From: Elusimicrobiota bacterium
GTDB taxonomy: Bacteria > Elusimicrobiota > Elusimicrobia > UBA1565 > UBA9628
Direction of reading: 5' to 3'
DNA length: 64,000 nt
Assembly (NCBI GenBank): GCA_027371715.1
Contig: DAHXMM010000005.1
Location: 133,750 to 197,749, forward strand
A model generated the notes under the pieces. It did no database searches, had not been told where the DNA came from, and worked only from the letters and a program-made list of their open reading frames with translations. Positions 1 to 7,645 of the stretch are shown here, in pieces (within the stretch, counting starts at the first letter, position 1; each line of letters opens with the position of its first letter). The position numbers were made by a program, and so were the translations under genes.

Positions 1-1411
1 AATCGGCCTGCATCCTTTCGAGAAAGGAGCTCAGTTCTTTCAGAGACCTGCGGCAGGAAGGGGTTAAGCTCTCGATATCGGATGCGGCTTTAAAAGAGTC
101 TAGGGCGCCGAGGTTTTTAAAATTCGCGTAGGCTTTAATTCTTTCAAGGCTGGTTTTCCCGATGCCCCGGGGAGGCGTATTGACGATGCGCATGAGGCTG
201 ATTTCGTCCTTGGGATTTAAAATCACGCGCGCGTAGGCCAAGGCGTCCTTGATTTCCTGCCTTTGATAAAAGCGCATCGCTCCGATTAAGCGATAATTGA
301 TTCCGGCGCGGCGCAAGGCTTCTTCAAAGGAGCGGCTCTGCGCGTTGGTGCGGTAAAAAATCGCGAAATCGGAAAGGGAATGCCCGGACCTTTTTCCTTC
401 CTCGATTCTGCGGACGGCCCAGGACGCTTCTTCTCTTTCATCCATCAGTTCCTGGACGTGGATGGCGTTTCCGCCTTCTTTTTGCGTCCACAAGGTTTTT
501 GATTTGCGCTTTCCGTTGTTGCGGATGACCCGCCCCGCGGCTTCGAGGATGGGTTTCGTCGAGCGGTAATTCTGCTCGAGAGTGACGACGCCGGTATCCT
601 TAAAATCGCGCTCGAATTCCAAAATGTTCCGGATATCGGCTCCTCGCCAGGAATAAACGCTTTGATCGTCGTCTCCGACCACGCACAAATTTTTATGTTT
701 GGAAGCGAGCGTTTTGGTGATGATGTATTGAGCGTGATTGGTGTCTTGATACTCATCTACGAGAATATGCCTAAAATAATCCTGGTAGTATTCCCGAATG
801 GAGGGGTGTTCCTTTAAAAGAGAGCAGACTTTCAGCAGCAAATCTCCAAAATCGACCCCGCCGGTATTTTCCAACTTTTTTTGATAGATGCTGTAGATCT
901 TCGCGGCGGTTTTTCGAGACGCGTCGATGGTCGTTTCGGCGTAAATCGCGTAGGAGTCGGCGTCCAGAAGATCGTCTTTGGCGCGGGAGATAATTCCGGC
1001 ATACATCGAGGCTTTGGCCGATTCCTTGTCGAGGCCCAGTTCTTTCATCGCCTCGGTAATCAGCCTTTTCTGGTCCGATTGATCGTAAATCGTGAAATGA
1101 CGGCTTAGTTTCGCCAACTCGTGGTGCTGGCGCAAAAGTTTCGCGCAAAAACCATGAAAGGTGAAAACCCAGACGGCGCTTCCCTTTCCCGGAGCTAAGG
1201 ATTCGATACGCTGCCGCATTTCCTCGGCGGCTTTGTTGGTGAAGGTCACGGCCAGAATTTTTTCGGGCGGGACGCCTTCCTCAATTAACCTCGCGATTCG
1301 GTAGGTGATGACCCGCGTTTTTCCCGTTCCCGCCGCGGCTAAAACCAAAAGCGGGCCTTCCTTATGAAGAACCGCGCGCGCTTGCTCCGGGTTGAGAAGA
1401 TCAAGGTTCAT
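1..1411 (-). CDS. UvrD/PcrA/Rep-family (SF1) ATP-dependent DNA helicase, N-terminal ~470 aa; the C-terminus lies beyond the window start
   Basis: Missing from the ORF track because there is no in-window stop. Reverse-strand translation from ATG 1409-1411 gives MNLDLLNPEQARAVLHKEGPLLVLAAAGTGKTRVITYRIARLIEEGVPPEKILAVTFTNKAAEEM (Walker A GTGKT, motif Ia TFTNKAA). The same frame gives DEYQDTNHAQYII (719-757) and LCVVGDDDQS (659-688), which are SF1 motifs II/III. Confidence 0.9.
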   Translation of the reverse strand, partial: MNLDLLNPEQARAVLHKEGPLLVLAAAGTGKTRVITYRIARLIEEGVPPEKILAVTFTNKAAEEMRQRIESLAPGKGSAVWVFTFHGFCAKLLRQHHELAKLSRHFTIYDQSDQKRLITEAMKELGLDKESAKASMYAGIISRAKDDLLDADSYAIYAETTIDASRKTAAKIYSIYQKKLENTGGVDFGDLLLKVCSLLKEHPSIREYYQDYFRHILVDEYQDTNHAQYIITKTLASKHKNLCVVGDDDQSVYSWRGADIRNILEFERDFKDTGVVTLEQNYRSTKPILEAAGRVIRNNGKRKSKTLWTQKEGGNAIHVQELMDEREEASWAVRRIEEGKRSGHSLSDFAIFYRTNAQSRSFEEALRRAGINYRLIGAMRFYQRQEIKDALAYARVILNPKDEISLMRIVNTPPRGIGKTSLERIKAYANFKNLGALDSFKAASDIESLTPSCRRSLKELSSFLERMQAD

Positions 1412-1473
1412 GGTTGAATAGAAAAACTTCAAGTTCAATTCTACCAAATCCGGGAGAAGCGGGGTGAAATAAT

Positions 1474-2148
1474 TCAGCGGCGGTGTTCATCGAGAAATTC
1501 AAGGAATTTTGGCTTGAAAGAGTCTCCAAATCGGGTAAAGGCCGACAGATGACCCCCTCCGGGAACAATCCAAAGCGTCTTTGGTTGAGGAAGTTCCTCA
1601 AACAATCTTTTCTCCAGCCGAAACGGAACGATTCGGTCCTTGGCGGAGGCGATGACCAAAATGGGAATATGCGGCAATCGGCGAACGTAGTTCAAGGGCG
1701 CGTAGTGGTCGGAGATGAAAAGCCTTGATAGCGGCCACTGGAAAGGCCAGGTCACCCAAGAGCGGGACAAGACGTCTTCGGCCATATCCTGATAAGAATC
1801 GAAGGAATTTTCGATGATGAGGGCTTTGATGCGCGGATTTTTAGCGAAATGCCCTAGGGCCAAGGACGCGATGCTAAGAGCGCCTCCCAAGCTTTGTCCC
1901 CAGATGAAAATATCCGAGGGCAAGTCCCGGCGCTTTAAAACATAGTCAATCGCCGCTTCTCCATCTTTAATAGCGCCCTTGACCGTGGGCTTTCCGTCCG
2001 AGGCTCCGTAGCCGCGGTAATCGAAAATGAAGACGTCGTAGCCTTGGGCGGGGAGCCAGTATGAAAACATGAAATGAGAAGTCATGTTTTCGCCGTTGCC
2101 GTGAAATTGAACGAGAATTCCCCTGACTTTCGGCTGGGAGGTTTTCAT
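1474..2148 (-). CDS. alpha/beta-fold serine hydrolase; probably longer at the N-terminus (see finding)
   Basis: 224-aa ORF with HGNGENM, the nucleophile elbow GQSLGG, and a late GGGH. The in-frame sequence upstream of the first ATG continues family-like (FKFPSKDGIAITGLL) and contains a lipobox (LLSGC). Confidence 0.8.
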   Translation of the reverse strand: MKTSQPKVRGILVQFHGNGENMTSHFMFSYWLPAQGYDVFIFDYRGYGASDGKPTVKGAIKDGEAAIDYVLKRRDLPSDIFIWGQSLGGALSIASLALGHFAKNPRIKALIIENSFDSYQDMAEDVLSRSWVTWPFQWPLSRLFISDHYAPLNYVRRLPHIPILVIASAKDRIVPFRLEKRLFEELPQPKTLWIVPGGGHLSAFTRFGDSFKPKFLEFLDEHRR

Positions 2149-2363
2149 GAGAAGCCCGGTAATCGCAATTCCGTCTTTAGAGGGAAACTTGAACCATTCG
2201 GATTTTATTCCCAGCGATTCCGGGCGGTGGTAGAGACGGTGGCTTGGAAAAAAGAAATCGTGCGTGCAGCCGGATAAAAGAAAGACGGAAAGAAACGGAA
2301 AGTAACGGAGAGTAAAAAGCTTTCCCCTCTTTCCGTTCTTTCTTTTGCTTTCCGTTGCTTGTT

Positions 2364-3890
2364 TCAGCCGCGAGCCCTTTTTCTTTTTTTAATTCGATGG
2401 CGAAGTCGGGATTGCCGATGCCTTCGGCGGGCGAGTCTTCGTATGCGGGTTTTTCGCCTTATTCCCGGTTGGATGAGAATGATTTGACCGGGTCTCAAAG
2501 TACGCACGCTCCGGATGTGGTTGATTTTGATGAGGTTTGAAATGGTGGTGTGATAGCGGCGCGCGATTTTGCCGAGAATGTCTCCCCGTCTAATGCGATA
2601 GCGAAGCATGGTTGGCCCCGGGTTCCAGTCCTTGATTTGGGCCAAGGCCGTCTCGAAACTTTTAGCCGTGCCTTGGGGAAGCTTAAGCACGAAACCGGCC
2701 TTGTTTTCCGGCGTGCACCAGGCGCGAAGCTCCGGGTTTAGTTGACGAAGGGCGCTTTCGCTTGTCTTAGCGCAATGAGCGGCGATGCCCAAATCAAGGG
2801 CATGGGGAATAGTCACGGTGTCATAGGGTTCGGGCGAGGCGTATTGGGGATGAAAACCATATTTTTCCGGATTTTCTCCGATTAAGACGCAGGCTTCAAA
2901 TTTAGGAACATAGAAATTCGTTTGCGTCGGCAGGGCGCCGCGGGATGAAAGGGTCCCGAAATTTAAGGCGCGGCTCATTTTCATTTCATAGCCCAAGCCG
3001 CCTTCTCCCCGATTATAAGCGGCTAAGGCCAAGGCCCAATCGCCGAACCAGCGGTGAAGATCCGAAAGATAATGAATGGCGGCCATGGTTTCTTTCTCGG
3101 GGTCGTAACGCTCATCTTCCCAATAGGTGACTTTAAGGCCGTATTTAACCGCGGTGCCCGGCATGAATTGCCAAAGGCCCGCCGCGCCCGAGCGGCTCAA
3201 GGCATTGTCTTTAAATTCGCTTTCAGCCATGACGAGATAAAACAATTCCGGCGGCAACCCTTTTTTCTTGAGCGCCGACATGATCATATCCCGGTACATC
3301 CCGGATTTCGATAAGGCCGCCTCGGTCGCTTTGGGACGGCGAAGATAAAGGTCGATCATCTTTTGAACGTTCGGGTCGTTGGGGTTGATGGCGATGTGTT
3401 CGGTTTCCGAGGTGATGGAAACGCGAATTTTTTTCAGCATATCGTCAAAATCAGGGGCGAGGATCTTAGGAAGGCCCGTGTCATGAAAGCGGGAGATCAC
3501 GATGCTAAATGCGTCCGCCATTTTTTCCCGTCCGGCGCTATCTTGCCCATTTTTAAAATCAGAGAGCCCTTCTTGGTAATCCGCTTTTGCCTGGGAGACC
3601 CCGTCCAGGGGGATGGTCGAGACTTGCGGCGCTTGTCCTTGCGCGGTCGCCGAGGAGAGGGCGGGAGTTTTGAGAATCGCGGTGGATGAGGAAATTTTAG
3701 GAGGGGCGGGGGAAACCAAGGGCGCCGCCGGAGCTGGGGTGGAAGCGGTTTGAATTTGAGCGGGAGCGTTCGTCGATATCGCGGCCGCCGGAGGATGCGC
3801 GAGCGCGGTGGGGGTCGAGATTTTCACACCTTGCGCCAATGCGCCCAGCGGAGTTAATAATAAGGAAAAGACAAAGGTTGTCGGTTTCAT
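2364..3890 (-). CDS. MltD-like membrane-bound lytic murein transglycosylase (SLT domain plus C-terminal LysM)
   Basis: Signal peptide MKPTTFVFSLLLTPLGALAQG. SLT catalytic block LVMAESEFKDNALSRSGAAGLWQFMPGTA. LysM-like YRIRRGDILGKIARRYHTTISNLIKINHI...LRPGQIILI. Ends in an Arg/Lys-rich tail. Confidence 0.85.
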   Translation of the reverse strand: MKPTTFVFSLLLTPLGALAQGVKISTPTALAHPPAAAISTNAPAQIQTASTPAPAAPLVSPAPPKISSSTAILKTPALSSATAQGQAPQVSTIPLDGVSQAKADYQEGLSDFKNGQDSAGREKMADAFSIVISRFHDTGLPKILAPDFDDMLKKIRVSITSETEHIAINPNDPNVQKMIDLYLRRPKATEAALSKSGMYRDMIMSALKKKGLPPELFYLVMAESEFKDNALSRSGAAGLWQFMPGTAVKYGLKVTYWEDERYDPEKETMAAIHYLSDLHRWFGDWALALAAYNRGEGGLGYEMKMSRALNFGTLSSRGALPTQTNFYVPKFEACVLIGENPEKYGFHPQYASPEPYDTVTIPHALDLGIAAHCAKTSESALRQLNPELRAWCTPENKAGFVLKLPQGTAKSFETALAQIKDWNPGPTMLRYRIRRGDILGKIARRYHTTISNLIKINHIRSVRTLRPGQIILIQPGIRRKTRIRRLARRRHRQSRLRHRIKKRKRARG

Positions 3891-3924
3891 GGGATTATCT
3901 TTTATATTCTATCAAACCAAGGGC

Positions 3925-5784
3925 TCAATAATAAATTAAAAAATTGAGTCCCGCCTGCTTGTCGGGGCCGTTTCTCTCGGCCTTGGCTCGGAGAGAAACT
4001 GATTTCGTCAAGTCATACTGACTCTCTATTTTCGCGCCGATATCATCTCTGGTATCACCTAGAAAATATCCAAAGGCAAAACCTTCCAATCGAAGCCGCC
4101 ATTTGGATGTCAGATCCGCGACAGTTCCTATTCTCCCTCCGCCGCCCAAACGATAATAATTTCTGAAAATTTGTCCCGCGCCCGCGTCGGCGTCGATGAG
4201 GATGTAATTGATTTGATGCCAGGGAACCAGCGGCATATTGAAAGAAGTTCCGCCGCCGGCCCTGAGGCCGAAGTAATTCGCGTTCCAAGGATCCTTGGGC
4301 GCGAGCTCGTCAGCGGTTTTCAGGCCGAAACTAAAATTCCAGGAGGGTTTGTGAATGAGCGGCTCTTGGGGAGACAAGGATAGGATGTGAACTAAATCCA
4401 GATTGTGCAGATAAGCACGGCCGGTTTTAAGATCGCGCCGCATATCTAAATTAACCATCGCAAGCTCGCTGTTGGGGAGATATCCTTTTGGGGAATCGAG
4501 AAGATCGTGAAGCCCGGGACGCCAATTAAATTCCGTGAAATCCGTGCTTCCGGCGCTTTGGCCGACGCTGATACGCGCGCTGGGATGCCCCTCTTCCGGC
4601 GGCGTGGGCGCTGGAACTTTTTCAGGCGGTGAAGAAATTCCAAGGGCGGCTCTTGCCGACAGGATTTGATGCCTGACATCGCGAGAAGCGTCTTCGTTTT
4701 TCTTCCGGTAATCCGTTTGATACTGCAGATATTCAGCTGCGAGGTCTAAAAGGCGCGCTTGTTTTTTTGGAGGCAAATTTTTCAACGTCTTTAAAGTTTG
4801 TTTTGGAGAGGCAATGAACTTCGGGATCATTTTGATTTCGTCGGAGCTCAAATGATTTCTCAGATTGATGATTTCGGTTAGAATCGCGGGTTCATAGGTT
4901 TCTTTTTTTACCAGTCCCGCTTTTTTCACGGCACGAATGGTGTCCGCGGGAATGGTGTAAAGAGGCCAGTGAGTAATGAGGTGAGTCTTGGGATCGGCGA
5001 CTTCAAGAAGGGCGAGCAGTTGATAAGAACAGTTTTTGTTGAAGAAATAGTAAGGAAAGTCTACCTCGTTTAATTCCCATAGATGATTGAGAAGTCGAGA
5101 AATCGCGGCGGAATCGAGGTTGAGCTGATATTCCCATAGATCGCGGTTTTCAAAATCATTGTACTGCTCGACTTTCAATGAGTAGGGTAACGTGGAAAAA
5201 TAGCCCGGAAAAACTCCGAAGAGGCCATCAACGATGAAAAGGAAGCCGTTTTTGGTGTTGACTTGAGCCGCGAAGCTGATGGAAGGATCCATGAGTTCAC
5301 TGGAATTATTGAGGCGTAAAAAAGTGTGTCCGTAGAGAGAAGCGGGATTTCCCATATAGGCCGAGGCGAAAACGAGGGTGATGGAGGGCGCCGTCATTTT
5401 CTTTTTCCAAGTCTCAAAAGCAGGGCAAGAAATGGAGGCGTCTTGAACCATGAGTTTTGATTTGAGCCAAGCGTAACGGGCCGGAAATTGGCAGATGGTT
5501 TTTTCGCGTGTCTTTAAATCCGATCCAAATAACGCCTGGATGTCGGCTTCCATCTCTTTTTTAGGATTCCTTCGTCCTTGAGGGGAAAGAAAAAAGTTAG
5601 GGCTAGACGCATCGCTTTCGAGTCTGAAGGGGCTCGCGCGGTAGTGAAGAAGAAGTCGCCATATCCGGCGCTTACTTAAATTTTCTGATCGCGCTTTTTG
5701 AATAAGTTTTTGAGCTTGGCTGGAACAGAGAGCATTGATGGGGCTGAGCATCGTAAGAAAAAAAAGAAAAACCGGCGGAAACAA
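3925..5784 (-). CDS. DUF4105 (Lnb N-terminal-like) exported protein
   Basis: 619-aa ORF with a hydrophobic N-terminus. The YGHTFLRLN and FFNKNCSYQLL blocks are ones I associate with DUF4105. The TTG start at 5784 lies inside the upstream terminator hairpin, and an alternative ATG is at 5751. Confidence 0.6.
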   Translation of the reverse strand: MFPPVFLFFLTMLSPINALCSSQAQKLIQKARSENLSKRRIWRLLLHYRASPFRLESDASSPNFFLSPQGRRNPKKEMEADIQALFGSDLKTREKTICQFPARYAWLKSKLMVQDASISCPAFETWKKKMTAPSITLVFASAYMGNPASLYGHTFLRLNNSSELMDPSISFAAQVNTKNGFLFIVDGLFGVFPGYFSTLPYSLKVEQYNDFENRDLWEYQLNLDSAAISRLLNHLWELNEVDFPYYFFNKNCSYQLLALLEVADPKTHLITHWPLYTIPADTIRAVKKAGLVKKETYEPAILTEIINLRNHLSSDEIKMIPKFIASPKQTLKTLKNLPPKKQARLLDLAAEYLQYQTDYRKKNEDASRDVRHQILSARAALGISSPPEKVPAPTPPEEGHPSARISVGQSAGSTDFTEFNWRPGLHDLLDSPKGYLPNSELAMVNLDMRRDLKTGRAYLHNLDLVHILSLSPQEPLIHKPSWNFSFGLKTADELAPKDPWNANYFGLRAGGGTSFNMPLVPWHQINYILIDADAGAGQIFRNYYRLGGGGRIGTVADLTSKWRLRLEGFAFGYFLGDTRDDIGAKIESQYDLTKSVSLRAKAERNGPDKQAGLNFLIYY

Positions 5785-5797
5785 GCTCCGCCGGTTT
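5754..5797 (-). terminator. Rho-independent terminator after the DUF3015-like gene
   Basis: On the minus strand a 10-bp GC-rich stem (5788-5797 pairs with 5769-5778, AAACCGGCGG/CCGCCGGTTT) with a 9-nt loop is followed by a T-run (complement of 5754-5768). It sits 24 nt downstream of the stop at 5821. Confidence 0.7.
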
Positions 5798-5820
5798 CTG
5801 ATGATAATGTAAGACCCCGC

Positions 5821-6324
5821 TTAAATGAGCGAGCAAGACATGGACATTTTCGGATTTTTCGCGATGGCGGCTCTTAAATTTTTCACTACGGAAGAAGGGG
5901 AAGACATCGCGTTTTTGGTGATGGATGAGTAATGGGTTTGCGTGAAATGGGCGAAGGCTCCCGTTGAATTTTTAGAGCAACCCATGAGACTTGCGAGTGT
6001 GGAAACATAGGCGCCGCCGCCGGAAGCCATTTGACGGTTAAGATCTCGCCAATTTTGCGTTGCAAAGCGTTCCTGCCGCAATTCGGCCTGGGCGTTTTTG
6101 CCGCCGCCGTTGGCTGCGGTACAGCCGGATGTCCCTGTGGTGATTGCGGAGCTTTGCGGTGAGATTGAGTTGTTGGTTGTTCCCGCGAGAACTTGCTGAG
6201 GGACGTTGTTTTCTTTGAAAACCAAGCTACCCAGCCCGCAACCCGCGTCATTTTGATTTCCCGCATAAACCATTCCGGATACAAACGTCACCGCCACGAA
6301 CGCAAACATCATTTTTTTGATCAT
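5821..6324 (-). CDS. small exported protein, DUF3015-like
   Basis: 167 aa with signal peptide MIKKMMFAFVAVTFVSGMVYAG, then AGCGLGS and TSGC motifs and a Ser/Thr/Gly/Asn-rich composition. The family assignment is from memory only. Confidence 0.5.
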   Translation of the reverse strand: MIKKMMFAFVAVTFVSGMVYAGNQNDAGCGLGSLVFKENNVPQQVLAGTTNNSISPQSSAITTGTSGCTAANGGGKNAQAELRQERFATQNWRDLNRQMASGGGAYVSTLASLMGCSKNSTGAFAHFTQTHYSSITKNAMSSPSSVVKNLRAAIAKNPKMSMSCSLI

Positions 6325-6555
6325 GGATTCTCCTTTTTTATTTTTCTCGCGAGCCGTTCCGGCCCCGCAAGGAAAAGCTTAGATTAATTTATCAGCGGCG
6401 TCAAATTTTTTTAATCTTTCCTGAAATTTCAGCAGACAGCGCGCTTGTTCGGGATGCGGAGGGCAATCTTAGGTAGAAGAGGTAGGCCCTTTGCCGAGGG
6501 TTTTATGGGCCTTTAGGCCCAGGCCTTAAAAAGGATTTTCTCTTATACTTAAATT

Positions 6556-7623
6556 GTGATGAGTTTGGAAAAACTTCGCCGGAAGTCGAGCCTCTGGGCG
6601 CTCGTAGTCGCTCTGGGAATAGGCCGTCCCTTGTGGGCGGTTGAGTCTTCTGAGCGTATTCCCAGCGCAACCCCTTCATTTAATTTTACTCTTCCTTCAG
6701 GAAACGAGATAGAGCCCCTTTCACAGTCCTTCAATCAAGGCGTAGAAGCAAGTCGCCAGTCTCAAGCTCGGATTGCTCAACCGGAAATTCATTTTCCTAG
6801 CGAAGTCTTTGTTCAAAAGCCTTTAACCTCAAGTTCCGCCGAAAAGCAAACTCATTCTCCAAACGCTTCTTCCCCGCATTTTATTTCCGCAAGCGTCGCC
6901 TCGATTCAAAAACAGGAAAATCCGGTTCAAAGCCAGAGCCTTCAAGCGGGTCACTCGCGTGTTCAAGGAGAGGCTTTATTTGACGGGGAACCTGGGTCTT
7001 GGAAATATGACTCTGAAGGGGCTTTATGGCTTTCCGGGAAACAAGCCCGTCTCATCGGGGAAGGTTCGTTCGGGCGTGTTTTTGAGCACCCGGCCAATTC
7101 CAATTGGGTCGTCAAAATTATTCATGGGAGCAGAATTTACGGAGATGTCGCGTTTTACGAACATCCGGAGTTTCAAAATCTGGAAAAGCTATCGAAACTG
7201 GGGCTTGCGCCTCATCCCGTGGATACGGGCCTGATTCGCGGAATTCCCTATATTGTTTCTGAGCGCGTTTGGGGAGAGACTTTGGAAACAAAAATCGGAC
7301 AAAAAAAATTCGGAGTTGCGGACTTAGGATTGTTGCGGGGGATGTTGAGTCAATTTTTGCGCAGTCATTTTTCCATTACGGATTTGACTCCCAGTAACGT
7401 CATGATCGGAACAACGGCTTCAAACTCCGGGCCGCGGGCCTATATTATTGATGCCGGGCTTTTAGCGGCTCGAGGTTTTTTCGCAAACCCCTTTATTGAT
7501 GTTGAAGACCTGATCAAGGACTGTAATCAGCTTCTTGCTCACTCGGGGGCAAAGTATCAACTGGCTCTTGAACATCGCGAAGGAGATAATAAAATTTCGC
7601 TTTTCTTTTCTCGGGGCTCGTGA
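6556..7623 (+). CDS. exported protein with a C-terminal minimal protein-kinase-like domain
   Basis: Signal-like N-terminus (RRKSSLWALVVALGIGRPLWAVESS) and a Ser/Gln-rich linker. Then GEGSFGRV (Gly-loop), VVK (VAIK-type Lys), ITDLTPSNVMI (HRDLKPxN-like, D and N kept) and IIDAG (DFG-like). There is no activation segment or APE motif. Confidence 0.55.
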   Translation: MMSLEKLRRKSSLWALVVALGIGRPLWAVESSERIPSATPSFNFTLPSGNEIEPLSQSFNQGVEASRQSQARIAQPEIHFPSEVFVQKPLTSSSAEKQTHSPNASSPHFISASVASIQKQENPVQSQSLQAGHSRVQGEALFDGEPGSWKYDSEGALWLSGKQARLIGEGSFGRVFEHPANSNWVVKIIHGSRIYGDVAFYEHPEFQNLEKLSKLGLAPHPVDTGLIRGIPYIVSERVWGETLETKIGQKKFGVADLGLLRGMLSQFLRSHFSITDLTPSNVMIGTTASNSGPRAYIIDAGLLAARGFFANPFIDVEDLIKDCNQLLAHSGAKYQLALEHREGDNKISLFFSRGS

Positions 7624-7645
7624 TGAAAAAGAAAAACCATTTTTC

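Noticed and set aside
5886-6284. 132-aa alternative-frame ORF inside the DUF3015-like gene.
   Set aside because: It is on the same strand and entirely nested. The annotated frame has a signal peptide and a sensible composition.
7535-7645. N-terminal extensions in track ORFs that overlap the preceding gene. The same situation applies at 13124-13204, 13629-13799, 21028-21096, 29852-29980, 32116-32220, 37091-37207, 57474-57620 and 63230-63310.
   Set aside because: In each case an internal ATG immediately after, or overlapping, the upstream stop gives a signal peptide or the family-typical N-terminus, often with a Shine-Dalgarno sequence. The starts were reassigned accordingly.
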